DNA of 64,000 bases. Source: Candidatus Latescibacterota bacterium. GTDB taxonomy: Bacteria; Latescibacterota; UBA2968. Positions within the stretch are counted from its first letter, which is position 1. The number at the start of each line of letters is the position of its first letter. Where the stretch lies: the NCBI GenBank assembly GCA_965208125.1, contig OZ242320.1, positions 2,720,001 to 2,784,000 of the forward strand, written 5' to 3'. Made by a program: the position numbers and the translations under genes. Shown piece after piece: positions 19,138 through 28,722 of this stretch. Under the pieces are notes generated by a model. That model ran no database searches, was not told the origin of the DNA, and saw only the letters and a list, made by a program, of their open reading frames with translations.

Positions 19138-19887
19138 ATGTTGATTGCCAAGACCGAAGGATACTACCATTTTCTCAAGGGTATTGACCCCTATTCCTGC
19201 GGCGTTATTGCCGATCTCGGCTGGGAGATTGTCCATGTTACCCTGGAACAGGCTCTGCCCTGGCGTCAGGGTTTTGATCGGATTGAGGCGCATTTGCAGG
19301 AGGTCGGGCGAGACCGACAGGCATTGTGCGGCATGGAGTTGCGTTCGCCTGCGCCTTTTACTATGGCGGGGTTTATCGCTTTTAATCGGGATTATTGTCG
19401 GGTGCTCAAGGCATGGGACCTGTACGTGGGAGAGTTGAATCCGATAGCCCGCACCAATGTGGTACCGCTGTTCGATCCGCCCGAGGAACCGGTGCTGCAC
19501 GCTTTTTCCTATACGGTGCCAGCAGCGGTCGATGTCCCCCGGACTCTGGTGATCGCCGGGGCTGGGGAATTGCGCGAGGGGGTACTTGTGGAGCAGGGTA
19601 TTGTCCGCAGCGGGGATACCAGTGCAGAAGCGATGCGGGAGAAGGTTGGTTATGTGGTGGATGTAATGGTCGAGCGTTTGTTTGGCCTGGGTGGGGCATG
19701 GGAGATGATCAATGCGGTGGATGTGTACACGGTGCATTCTCTGGACGGGCTGGTAGAGGATATTTTGTTCAATCGCATTGGGCCAGTCCGACAGCACGGT
19801 TTCCGCTGGCACTTTACCCGGCCGCCAGTGGTCGATATTGAATTTGAGATGGATATGCGGGGGGTGCGGCGGGACTTTGTGATATAA
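19138..19887 (+). CDS. CnbZ-like (2-amino-5-chloromuconate deaminase-related, RidA-fold) protein
   Basis: ATG at 19138; YSCGV, LCGMELRSPAPFT, NPIARTNV and RPPVVDIEFEMD motifs. Confidence 0.7.
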   Translation: MLIAKTEGYYHFLKGIDPYSCGVIADLGWEIVHVTLEQALPWRQGFDRIEAHLQEVGRDRQALCGMELRSPAPFTMAGFIAFNRDYCRVLKAWDLYVGELNPIARTNVVPLFDPPEEPVLHAFSYTVPAAVDVPRTLVIAGAGELREGVLVEQGIVRSGDTSAEAMREKVGYVVDVMVERLFGLGGAWEMINAVDVYTVHSLDGLVEDILFNRIGPVRQHGFRWHFTRPPVVDIEFEMDMRGVRRDFVI

Positions 19888-19935
19888 GATCATGGGCAGG
19901 GATGGGGTGGGTTGATTGCGAAATGATATTTTTTC

Positions 19936-19965
19936 TTGACATATTCCACTGAGATTGCGTAAGTT
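19936..19965 (+). promoter_or_regulatory. putative promoter of the ilvN-leu operon
   Basis: TTGACA-N18-TAAGTT upstream of the leader ORF. Confidence 0.5.
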
Positions 19966-20011
19966 ATTCAATCTAAAATACATTATTACTTCTTTTCCCA
20001 AGTCTTCTATT

Positions 20012-20164
20012 ATGCGCTCAATTTCCACATTGGCGATTTCCACAATGCGAGACGGTGTGCAACTGCGTATCCGTTCTTTGCGCCTTTCTATTGCAGGGCG
20101 AGTTCTGCTCATTCTGCACCTTCTCCTGCTCGTGAGCCTTTTTCTATCTATTATCACTCATTAG
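20012..20164 (+). CDS. Leu/Ile/Val-rich leader peptide of the ilv-leu operon
   Basis: ATG at 20012 (alternative 20045); the last 20 codons VLLILHLLLLVSLFLSIITH contain 14 L/I/V; followed by an alternative-pairing stem. Confidence 0.7.
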   Translation: MRSISTLAISTMRDGVQLRIRSLRLSIAGRVLLILHLLLLVSLFLSIITH

Positions 20165-20218
20165 TTTCAGGCTCTTTCCCCAACTCTTGCGACAACACCC
20201 ATAAAAGGACAGAGCCTG
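20134..20218 (+). promoter_or_regulatory. attenuator-like alternative RNA structures
   Basis: CAGGCTCTTTCC (20168-79) pairs with GGACAGAGCCTG (20207-18) at 11/12 positions; GAGCCT inside the leader (20134-39) competes for AGGCTC. Confidence 0.65.
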
Positions 20219-20266
20219 TGATTTACTCATAGGTCGTTGTCACCTCATGTATTCAGGAAATTTTTA

Positions 20267-20758
20267 ATGACTCAAAAACACACGATAAGTGCCCTGGTCG
20301 AAAATCATTTTGGCGTTCTGTGTCGCGTTGCGGGCCTTTTTTCCAGTCGCGGATTCAATATCGATAGTCTGTCCGTTGGCGAGACAGAAGACCCGAGTAT
20401 TTCTCGCATGACTATTGTCGTCGGTGGCGACGATAGCGTGCTCGAGCAAGTGGTCAAGCAATTGGATCGCCTCATTGATGTCATTCGGGTGATCGATATT
20501 ACGCAGGGCGCATTTGTCGAACGCGAACTCATGTTGATCAAGGTCAAAGCCGATACAACAACGCGTGCAGAAATTATCCAAATTGCCGAAGTGTTTCGCT
20601 CAAATATTGTCGATGTATGTCCCAGATCGATGACCATAGAGGTTACGGGCAAAAATGATAAAATTCAGGCTATCATTGGCATGCTCAGTTCTTTTGGCAT
20701 CGAAGAAATCGCGCGTACAGGCACAGTTGCCCTGTTGCGAGATTCCGCGACGCAATAA
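20267..20758 (+). CDS. ilvN: acetolactate synthase small (regulatory) subunit
   Basis: ACT domain [31 protein letters not shown]; [10 protein letters not shown]; EIARTG. Confidence 0.96.
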   Translation: MTQKHTISALVENHFGVLCRVAGLFSSRGFNIDSLSVGETEDPSISRMTIVVGGDDSVLEQVVKQLDRLIDVIRVIDITQGAFVERELMLIKVKADTTTRAEIIQIAEVFRSNIVDVCPRSMTIEVTGKNDKIQAIIGMLSSFGIEEIARTGTVALLRDSATQ

Positions 20759-20771
20759 GGAGGTGATGCAG

Positions 20772-20885
20772 ATGGATCCCGATCTCGGTGATCTTACCGA
20801 AGAACTCGCTCTCGTTTGGCAGATGGGAAAAGACAGCCAGAGCGTTCCATCTGCCCATTTCCACTTCGATTCTGGCATGTTTTAA
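20772..20885 (+). CDS. putative 37-aa small protein
   Basis: Perfect SD AAGGAGGTG at 20757-65; the ORF fills the ilvN-leuA gap and ends at the leuA SD. Confidence 0.5.
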   Translation: MDPDLGDLTEELALVWQMGKDSQSVPSAHFHFDSGMF

Positions 20886-20894
20886 GGAATAAAA

Positions 20895-22451
20895 ATGTCA
20901 AACGCGAAAAACAAAGACCGCGTCATTATTTTTGATACCACTTTGAGAGACGCGGAACAGACGCCGGGGGCTTCGCTCGCGTTGCGCGAAAAGGTCGAAA
21001 TTGCCCATCAACTCGCAAGGCTCAATGTCGATGTTATCGAGGCCGGATTTCCCATATCGTCCGATCAGGATTTTAATGCGGTGCGGCGCATTGCACACGA
21101 GGTCGAAGGTCCTGTTATTTGCGGTCTGTCTCGCGCAATCTTCAAAGATATTGACCGCGCAGGTGAAGCTCTGAAAGATGCGCCAAATCCGCGCATACAC
21201 ACGTTTATTGGGACATCTCCGCTCCATATTTCCATGGTTGGCAAAACGCCCGATCAAGTTCTACAAATGGCTGTTGATGCGGTTGCACGAGCCAAATCGC
21301 ATTGCGAAGATGTGGAATTTTCGCCGATGGATGCTGCGCGCACAGAACCGCAATATCTCCTCGATGTTATCGAGGCTACCATTGAAGCGGGTGCGACAAC
21401 CATCAATATTCCCGATACCGTAGGCTACGCAGTTCCCGACCAGTTTGGCCGCATTATTCGCAATATTTGTGAGAAAGTGCCCAATGTCGATCGTGCCATT
21501 ATCAGTGTCCACTGCCACGACGATTTGGGCATGGCGACTATCAATGCTCTCGAAGCACTCAGAAATGGCGCCCGTCAGGTCGAATGCACCGTGAATGGGT
21601 TGGGTGAACGCGCGGGCAATACCTCGCTTGAAGAAGTGGTTATGGCCGTCAAGACGCGCGGGGATTATTTCGATCTCTATACGGATATCAAGACGCGCGA
21701 AATCGTAAATACGAGCCGTCTGGTCAGCCGCCTCATGGGTATTGTCGTTCCGCCCAACAAGCCCATTGTAGGAGCCAATGCCTTTGCACATAGCTCGGGT
21801 ATCCATCAGGACGGGGTGCTCAAAGACCGCGAAAATTTCGAAATTATCGATCCCAAATCTGTGGGTTGGGAAGAATCGAGCATTGTGCTCACGGCGCGTT
21901 CTGGTCGCCACGCATTGCGCCATCGTCTGGAAGAACTCGGCTATCATCTCAATCAGGATGAATTAAATATCGCTTATGAGCGTTTTGTCAAAGTTGCCGA
22001 TAAAAAGAAGGAAGTTTATGACGAAGATCTCATGGCTATTGTGGAAGATGAAATTCGAGACTTTCCCATGCGGTTCGTGCTGGACTATTTGCATACTGTG
22101 AGTGGTACTGGCACGGTTCCCTCTGCGACGGTTCGCATTGGTATTGACGGTAAAAACCACGTCCAGGAATCTGCCTGGGGCGATGGACCGGTAGATGCAA
22201 CGTATCGGGCGATCAAGAAAGCCACAGATAATACAAATACAAAAGTGGAAGAATATACTATCCGCGGCGTTACCGGGGGTGCCGAAGCGATGGGAGAAGT
22301 CACGGTCAATGTGTCGTGCAATGGACGCCTGACCAGGGGACGCGGCGTTTCAACCGATATTATCGAAGCCAGTGCCAAAGCTTTTCTCGATGCGCTCAAT
22401 CGCCTGGCCATTCAGCAGGACAATCACAAGGAGCGAGAACCAACCGTTTAG
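20895..22451 (+). CDS. leuA: 2-isopropylmalate synthase
   Basis: FDTTLRDAEQTPG, HCHDDLG, GLGERAGN and HSSGIHQDG motifs; C-terminal regulatory domain. Confidence 0.96.
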   Translation: MSNAKNKDRVIIFDTTLRDAEQTPGASLALREKVEIAHQLARLNVDVIEAGFPISSDQDFNAVRRIAHEVEGPVICGLSRAIFKDIDRAGEALKDAPNPRIHTFIGTSPLHISMVGKTPDQVLQMAVDAVARAKSHCEDVEFSPMDAARTEPQYLLDVIEATIEAGATTINIPDTVGYAVPDQFGRIIRNICEKVPNVDRAIISVHCHDDLGMATINALEALRNGARQVECTVNGLGERAGNTSLEEVVMAVKTRGDYFDLYTDIKTREIVNTSRLVSRLMGIVVPPNKPIVGANAFAHSSGIHQDGVLKDRENFEIIDPKSVGWEESSIVLTARSGRHALRHRLEELGYHLNQDELNIAYERFVKVADKKKEVYDEDLMAIVEDEIRDFPMRFVLDYLHTVSGTGTVPSATVRIGIDGKNHVQESAWGDGPVDATYRAIKKATDNTNTKVEEYTIRGVTGGAEAMGEVTVNVSCNGRLTRGRGVSTDIIEASAKAFLDALNRLAIQQDNHKEREPTV

Positions 22452-22520
22452 TATCCGCAGATGGATGCAGATAGACGCAGATGAAATGTAGTGGCAGTGT
22501 TGTGTCTGCACATCTGTGGT
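22451..22520 (+). repeat. composite repeat: triple GCAGAT 10-mer plus degenerate GTAG hairpin
   Basis: 36-nt near-identical copy of 7749-7784, then GTAGTGGCAG-tgttgtgt-CTGCAC and ATCTGTGG (inverted partial unit). Confidence 0.85.
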
Positions 22521-22550
22521 TCCAAAGGGTTTTAAGAATAGAGGTTATAG

Positions 22551-23948
22551 ATGGGTCAAAGTTTATTTCACAAAGTTTGGGACGCGCATGCGGTGCGAAC
22601 GCTGCCGTCGGGGCAGACGCAGTTGTTTATCGGCCTGCATCTCGTTCACGAGGTTACCAGCCCGCAGGCTTTTGATATGCTCAGAGAGCTAGGTCTCACC
22701 ATTGCGTATCCAGATCGCACATTTGCTACGGTTGATCACATTGTGCCCACAAGCGATGTGGCACGCCCATTTGCCGATGAGATGGCCGAGGACATGATGA
22801 TCGCCATTGAAGAAAATGCCCAGCAGTTTGGCCTTTCTTTTTTTGGTCTGGACGACGAGCGTCAGGGTATTGTCCACGTCATTGGTCCCGAACTGGGTCT
22901 GACACAGCCGGGCATGACCATTGCCTGCGGCGATAGCCACACTTCAACGCACGGTGCTTATGGCGCTATTGCATTTGGCATTGGCACTTCGCAGGTGCGC
23001 GATGTGCTCGCCACACAGTGTCTGGCGATGGATCCTCTCAAAGTGCGCCGCATTGAAGTCTCCGGTACGCTGGGCAATGGGGTTTACGCCAAAGATGTTA
23101 TTCTCAATATTATTCGCAATCTCGGCGTAAAAGGCGGTACGGGCTATGCTTACGAATATGCCGGATCCGCTATTGAAGCTATGGATATGGAAGCGCGTAT
23201 GTCGGTGTGCAATATGTCGATTGAGGGCGGTGCCCGCGCGGGATATGTGAATCCCGATCAGACGACTTATGACTATCTGCAGGGGCGCACTTATGCACCT
23301 TCGGGCGAAGCCTTTGATCGCGCAGTTTCCTGGTGGCGTGCTATGGCTTCCGATGCCGATGCCGATTACGACGATGTTTATCATCTCGATGGCTCCGCTC
23401 TTGAGCCTACCGTGACATGGGGCATCACACCGGGGCAGGCGCTCTTTGTAACAGAAAAAGTGCCTGCGCTGACGGATCTGCCCGATGATGATCGCGATGT
23501 TGCAGCCGAAGCGTATGATTATATGGACTTAAAGCCGGGTACGGCCATATCTGGTATGCCCATTGATGTGGCTTTTGTGGGATCGTGTACCAACAGCCGT
23601 ATCTCTGACCTCAGAGAAGCTGCCAGAGTTGTCGAGGGTCACAAGGTGGCCGATGGCGTCAAAGCGCTTGTTGTGCCGGGGTCCAAATCCGTTCTCAAGA
23701 CAGCCGAAGCGGAAGGTTTGCACCACATTTTTGAAGATGCGGGCTTTGAATGGCGCGGTGCGGGGTGTTCGATGTGTTTGGCTATGAATCCCGACAAATT
23801 GCAGGGACGCGAGGTGTGCGCGTCTTCGAGTAATCGCAATTTCAAAGGGCGTCAGGGCAGCCCCACGGGGCGCACGCTCTTGATGAGTCCCGCAATGGTC
23901 GCAGCCGCGGCTATCGCGGGTGAGGTTATTGACGTACGCGCGATGTGA
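22551..23948 (+). CDS. leuC: 3-isopropylmalate dehydratase large subunit
   Basis: [36 protein letters not shown] and [10 protein letters not shown] motifs. Confidence 0.98.
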   Translation: MGQSLFHKVWDAHAVRTLPSGQTQLFIGLHLVHEVTSPQAFDMLRELGLTIAYPDRTFATVDHIVPTSDVARPFADEMAEDMMIAIEENAQQFGLSFFGLDDERQGIVHVIGPELGLTQPGMTIACGDSHTSTHGAYGAIAFGIGTSQVRDVLATQCLAMDPLKVRRIEVSGTLGNGVYAKDVILNIIRNLGVKGGTGYAYEYAGSAIEAMDMEARMSVCNMSIEGGARAGYVNPDQTTYDYLQGRTYAPSGEAFDRAVSWWRAMASDADADYDDVYHLDGSALEPTVTWGITPGQALFVTEKVPALTDLPDDDRDVAAEAYDYMDLKPGTAISGMPIDVAFVGSCTNSRISDLREAARVVEGHKVADGVKALVVPGSKSVLKTAEAEGLHHIFEDAGFEWRGAGCSMCLAMNPDKLQGREVCASSSNRNFKGRQGSPTGRTLLMSPAMVAAAAIAGEVIDVRAM

Positions 23949-23961
23949 AGAAAGGTTATTT

Positions 23962-24555
23962 ATGAATTCATCTGTGATCCAGTATGTAGAAGGACGCGCG
24001 ATTCCCATTCGGGGAAATGACATCGATACCGATCGCATTATTCCCGCGCGGTATCTTCGCGCTATTACGTTTGATGGCCTGGGTGAGTACGCATTTGAAG
24101 ACGACCGAAAATCAAATCCCGATCACCCATTTGATGATCCACGCTATCAAGGTGCGTCCATCCTTGTTGCCAATGGCAATTTTGGGTGTGGATCATCCAG
24201 AGAACACGCGCCTCAGGCGCTGATGCGCTGGGGGATTTGTGCTATTGTGGGCGAATCTTTTGCCGAAATTTTTCTGGGCAATTGCACGGCTATGGGTGTG
24301 CCTTGCCTGACTGCTTCATCCGGGGATATTGCCCAAATACAGGACGCGGCTGAAGCAGATCCGCAGCGGGAGATGACTGTTGATTTACAAGAGAAAAAAT
24401 TGACATTTGGCGATATAGAAGTCGATCTCCAAATTGCAGAAGGCAATCGGCTCCAACTCATCGAGGGCGCGTGGGATGCAACGGGCATGCTCCTCGAAGG
24501 CCGCGATGCGGTGCGGGAGATTGCCAATAAACTTCCCTATGTTACGGGCTTTTAA
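23962..24555 (+). CDS. leuD: 3-isopropylmalate dehydratase small subunit
   Basis: DIDTDRIIPARYL and NFGCGSSREHAP motifs; ATG at 23962 after AAAGG. Confidence 0.97.
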   Translation: MNSSVIQYVEGRAIPIRGNDIDTDRIIPARYLRAITFDGLGEYAFEDDRKSNPDHPFDDPRYQGASILVANGNFGCGSSREHAPQALMRWGICAIVGESFAEIFLGNCTAMGVPCLTASSGDIAQIQDAAEADPQREMTVDLQEKKLTFGDIEVDLQIAEGNRLQLIEGAWDATGMLLEGRDAVREIANKLPYVTGF

Positions 24556-24635
24556 CCTTTTTCACGCCCGCATCTCGCGTTGCTCATTTTGCGAGTTATT
24601 ATGCATTCTCACATGCGAATAGGCAGGAGATATTA

Positions 24636-24720
24636 TCCGGGCACTCGTTGCCCGGAGGCCATTGGTTTGGGAATTGGATCGTTTTGTATGATCGCTCTTT
24701 TTTAATTCCAAACCAGAGGA
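24636..24720 (+). promoter_or_regulatory. structured 5' leader of cimA (two hairpins, the second abutting the SD)
   Basis: TCCGGGCA-ctcgt-TGCCCGGA (24636-56); TGGTTTGGGAATT (24663-75) pairs with AATTCCAAACCA (24704-15), ending at AGAGGA. Confidence 0.55.
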
Positions 24721-24726
24721 AATCAC

Positions 24727-26307
24727 ATGTCTGAACTTGTACAAATCTACGATTCGACCCTTCGAGATGGCGCGCAGGCCGAGGGCATTTCATTTTCGGC
24801 TGAAGACAAAACTATGATTGCTCTGCATCTTGATGCGATGGGCATTCACTATGTTGAAGGCGGTTGGCCCAATCCGACGAATCCCAAGGATCTCGAATTT
24901 TTTAATCGCGTGCGCGATCTCGAATTTCACAATACCAAAATTGTCGCCTTTGGCAGTACATGCAGAGTTGACAATCCACCCGAAGACGATCCTACCCTCA
25001 CCACTTTGCTAAAGGCAGGAACAGAGGTTATCACGCTCTTTGGAAAAAGCTGGACGCTTCACGTGACCGATGTGTTGCGGGCTACACTGGACGAGAACCT
25101 GCAAATTATCAGGGATTCTTGCGCCTGGCTCAAGGAAAACGGCCGAGAAGTTATTTACGATGCCGAACACTTTTTTGACGGTTATAAAGCCGATCCTGAA
25201 TACGCACTGGAAACTTTGTTGGCAGCGCAAGCAGGCGGAGCCGAGGTGCTCGTCTTGTGCGATACCAATGGCGGCATGATGCCATATCAGATACAGGAGA
25301 TTATCAGCGGTATTCAACCCAGCCTCAATGTGCCTTTGGGCATTCACACGCACAATGACGCGGGAATGGCTGTGGCCAATAGCATTGTCGCACTCGAAAT
25401 GGGTGCTACACATGTGCAGGGGACTATCAATGGATATGGGGAACGCTGTGGCAATGCCAATCTGTGTTCGGTGATTCCAAATATTGAATTTAAGTTGGGG
25501 ATGAAAGCTATTGGCGCGACAAATCTGAAAAGACTTATGGAATTATCGCGTTTTGTCAGCGAAATAGCCAATGTCTATCACGATCACCGCCAACCTTATG
25601 TGGGCGAGAGTGCTTTTGCACACAAAGCGGGGGTTCACGTGGATGCAATGCTCAAACAACCCGCCGCGTATGAGCATTGCGATGCAGAAGCCGTGGGCAA
25701 CCAGCGCCGGTTTCTTCTTTCGGAACAATCGGGCGGCGGGGCTGTTGCAGCAAAATTGGACCATTTGATTCCGGGCCTGGACAAACGCCATCCAACCGTC
25801 CAAAAATTGCTGCAAAAAATTAAGCAACTCGAACACGAGGGCTATGTTTTTGAAGCCGCCGAAGCGTCGTTTGAAATTATTGCCCGTCAGATATTGGGCA
25901 GTATTCGCAAACCGTTCAAGCTCATCAATTACAGGACGATCAATCGCAAAAGTGCTGCAGGCTCTGAAGTAGAAGCCATTGTGAAAATAGAGATCGAAGG
26001 ACAGATCTACCATACGGTTGGCGAGGGCGATGGCCCTGTTAATGCCCTCGATTCGGCATTGCGTCTCGCACTGGAACCCAAGTATCCCACACTTAAAGAT
26101 GTGCGCCTGGAAGACTACAAAGTGCGCGTGTTATCCAGTGCTGATGGTACGGCAGCCAAGGTGCGAGTGCTGATCGAGTCTTCTGACCGGCGGCGCGTGT
26201 GGAGTACTGTGGGTGTATCTGAAAATATTATCGAAGCCAGTTGGACAGCACTGGTCGATAGTTTGACCTATAAATTGCTACTTGACGATATTATCGTCGT
26301 TGACTGA
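24727..26307 (+). CDS. cimA: (R)-citramalate synthase
   Basis: YDSTLRDGAQAEG, EGGWP, FGKSW, YDAEHFFDGY, SAFAHKAGVH and EDYKVRVL motifs. Confidence 0.94.
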   Translation: MSELVQIYDSTLRDGAQAEGISFSAEDKTMIALHLDAMGIHYVEGGWPNPTNPKDLEFFNRVRDLEFHNTKIVAFGSTCRVDNPPEDDPTLTTLLKAGTEVITLFGKSWTLHVTDVLRATLDENLQIIRDSCAWLKENGREVIYDAEHFFDGYKADPEYALETLLAAQAGGAEVLVLCDTNGGMMPYQIQEIISGIQPSLNVPLGIHTHNDAGMAVANSIVALEMGATHVQGTINGYGERCGNANLCSVIPNIEFKLGMKAIGATNLKRLMELSRFVSEIANVYHDHRQPYVGESAFAHKAGVHVDAMLKQPAAYEHCDAEAVGNQRRFLLSEQSGGGAVAAKLDHLIPGLDKRHPTVQKLLQKIKQLEHEGYVFEAAEASFEIIARQILGSIRKPFKLINYRTINRKSAAGSEVEAIVKIEIEGQIYHTVGEGDGPVNALDSALRLALEPKYPTLKDVRLEDYKVRVLSSADGTAAKVRVLIESSDRRRVWSTVGVSENIIEASWTALVDSLTYKLLLDDIIVVD

Positions 26308-26327
26308 CCCTTTTCAAAGAGTATGGT

Positions 26328-27500
26328 ATGCAAATCAATTCTCGCCGCATTGAACGCTTGCCGCCCTATGTTTTTCACGAGGTCAATGCCCGCAAGATGT
26401 ACCTGCGGCGCAAGGGCGTTGATATTATTGATCTGGGTATGGGCAATCCCGACCAGCCGACGCCGCCACATATTATTGATAAACTCACTGAGGTTGTCCA
26501 CGACCCCAAGACGCATGGGTATTCGCCATCGGCGGGCCTTCCGGCTTTGAGGCGGGCGATTTGTCGCCATTACAAACGGCGTTTTGACGTTGATCTCGAT
26601 CCGGAAACAGAAGCTATTGTCACTATTGGTTCGAAAGAGGGGTTGGCGCATATTTGTCTCGCGCTTCTCGATCCGGGCGATCTCGCCATTGTGCCAAATC
26701 CGGCGTATCCTCTGCACCTTTATGGTGTTGCGATTGCCAATGGCAATGTCTTTAGCATGCCTTTGCGACCAGAAAAAGAATTTGTTCCAGACCTGCAAAT
26801 GATTCCGCGGGAACTGTGGCCCAAACCCAAAGTGATGATTTTTAATTTTCCTCACAATCCCACCACAGCTACTGTTGATATTTCTTTTTTTGAGGAGATC
26901 GTGGCTTTTGCCCGCCGCCAAAATATTATTGTTATTCACGATATGGCCTATTCGGATATCGCGTTTGACGACACTGTGGTGCCGAGTCTTTTACAGGTTA
27001 AGGGTGCCAAAGAAGTGGGGGTCGAATTTTACACGATGTCCAAGTCCTACAATATGGCCGGTTGGCGCGTCGGGTTTTGTCTCGGAAATCCGGAGGTGAT
27101 TAAAGCGCTTTCCGTGATCAAAAATTACTACGACTACGGCGTTTTTACCCCTATTCAGGTCGCTGCAATTGCCGCGCTTGATGGCCCGCAAGACTGCGTA
27201 CAGCAATCGGCCGCCAGGTATCAGAGCCGCAGGGATACGCTGGTAGAAGGTCTCAATCGCATTGGTTGGCCCGTCAATAAGCCCAGAGCGTCGATGTTTG
27301 TTTGGGCACCTATTCCAGAAAAGTATCGGTATCTCGGTTCTATGAATTTTGCCCTCAAGCTCATGGAGGAGGCCGAAGTTGCGGTTTCTCCCGGTATTGG
27401 TTTTGGCGATATGGGCGAGGGCTATGTACGCATTTCTCTGGTCGAAAATGAACACCGAATCCGCCAGGCTGTTCGCAATGTCAAACGCGCGCTTTTTTAA
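26328..27500 (+). CDS. class I/II PLP aminotransferase, AlaC/YfdZ-like
   Basis: DLGMGNPD, TIGSKEGLAH, SKSYNMAGWRVG and YDYGVFTPIQVAAIAAL motifs. Confidence 0.9.
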   Translation: MQINSRRIERLPPYVFHEVNARKMYLRRKGVDIIDLGMGNPDQPTPPHIIDKLTEVVHDPKTHGYSPSAGLPALRRAICRHYKRRFDVDLDPETEAIVTIGSKEGLAHICLALLDPGDLAIVPNPAYPLHLYGVAIANGNVFSMPLRPEKEFVPDLQMIPRELWPKPKVMIFNFPHNPTTATVDISFFEEIVAFARRQNIIVIHDMAYSDIAFDDTVVPSLLQVKGAKEVGVEFYTMSKSYNMAGWRVGFCLGNPEVIKALSVIKNYYDYGVFTPIQVAAIAALDGPQDCVQQSAARYQSRRDTLVEGLNRIGWPVNKPRASMFVWAPIPEKYRYLGSMNFALKLMEEAEVAVSPGIGFGDMGEGYVRISLVENEHRIRQAVRNVKRALF

Positions 27501-27517
27501 TAGAAAGAAGGTCTTTT

Positions 27518-28714
27518 GTGACGATTAACGAAAATGCCATCTATCCTCCAAAAGGTTATAAGGCCGCCGGGCTGCATTGTGGTCTCAAAGAGGGGAATGA
27601 AAAAGATCTCGCGCTTATTGTTTCTGATCGGGCGGCTTCGGCAGCGGGGATGTTTACGACAAATCGCGTGTGTGCAGCACCCGTGCATCTCAATCGGGAA
27701 CATTTGCAAAATGGACGGGCGCGAGCCGTTGTGGTCAATAGCAAAAATGCCAATGCTTGTACCGGAGATCAGGGCATGACCGATGCGCGGCAGATGGCGC
27801 AATGGGTGGGCAGTGGATTGGATATTGCACCAGAAGATGCGCTGGTCAATTCGACGGGGGTCATTGGTGTGCCTCTTCCGATGGGGTGCCTTGAAAGGGG
27901 TATTCAAAACATCATTCCACAACTCGATGTTGAGGGATGGGACGATGCTGCAGAGGGGATTATGACGACTGATACCGTGCCGAAGAAAGCATCTGTGCGA
28001 TGTGAAATAGATGGGTGCGATATTACCATTGCGGGGATCGCCAAGGGCGCGGGTATGATTGCGCCAAATATGGCGACTATGCTCGCTTTTGTGCTCACAG
28101 ATGCAGCCCTTTCCCCCGGGGTACTCCAGGACGCGCTTTGTGAAGCTGTTACACAATCTTTTAATTGCATTACTGTTGACGGCGATATGAGTACCAATGA
28201 TACAGTTCTGGCTCTGGCAAATGGCGCGGCGAGGAAGCGCGAACTCGCAGGCGAAGACCTCTGTACCTTCCAGGACGCGCTCAATGCAGTCTGTATTAGT
28301 CTGGCCAAACAAATTGCACGCGATGGCGAGGGCGCGACCAAACTTATCACTGTGCGCGTTGATGGTGCCGCTACCGCGGCTGATGCACGCACTGTGGGGC
28401 TGTCTGTTGCCAACTCAAATCTGGTCAAGACCGCTGTTTTTGGACGCGATCCCAATTGGGGCCGAATTTTGTGTGCGGTGGGTTATGCCGGCGTGGCGGT
28501 GGATCCCGACCGCACAGCCGTTTCAATGACCGGTATCCCCATTTATGCCAATGGCGGTGGTCTGCCTTTTGACCAGGACTGCGCCATTGAAGCTCTGGGT
28601 GCTTCCGATATAGATATTGACATCAATTTGAACATCGGCGAGGCATCGGCTACTATTTATACGTGTGATTTGACTTATGACTACGTTCGCATAAATGCGG
28701 AATACACGACATAA
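27518..28714 (+). CDS. argJ: glutamate N-acetyltransferase / ornithine acetyltransferase
   Basis: NANACTG, IMTTDT, KGAGMIAPNMATML, STNDT, DGEGATK and DPNWGRI motifs. Confidence 0.97.
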   Translation: MTINENAIYPPKGYKAAGLHCGLKEGNEKDLALIVSDRAASAAGMFTTNRVCAAPVHLNREHLQNGRARAVVVNSKNANACTGDQGMTDARQMAQWVGSGLDIAPEDALVNSTGVIGVPLPMGCLERGIQNIIPQLDVEGWDDAAEGIMTTDTVPKKASVRCEIDGCDITIAGIAKGAGMIAPNMATMLAFVLTDAALSPGVLQDALCEAVTQSFNCITVDGDMSTNDTVLALANGAARKRELAGEDLCTFQDALNAVCISLAKQIARDGEGATKLITVRVDGAATAADARTVGLSVANSNLVKTAVFGRDPNWGRILCAVGYAGVAVDPDRTAVSMTGIPIYANGGGLPFDQDCAIEALGASDIDIDINLNIGEASATIYTCDLTYDYVRINAEYTT

Positions 28715-28722
28715 TACTTCAC

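Noticed and set aside
18946-20157. Long antisense ORFs (e.g. 403 aa here, also 17669-18592, 12973-13821, 56745-57671)
   Set aside because: They shadow well-supported genes on the opposite strand and show no recognisable motifs.
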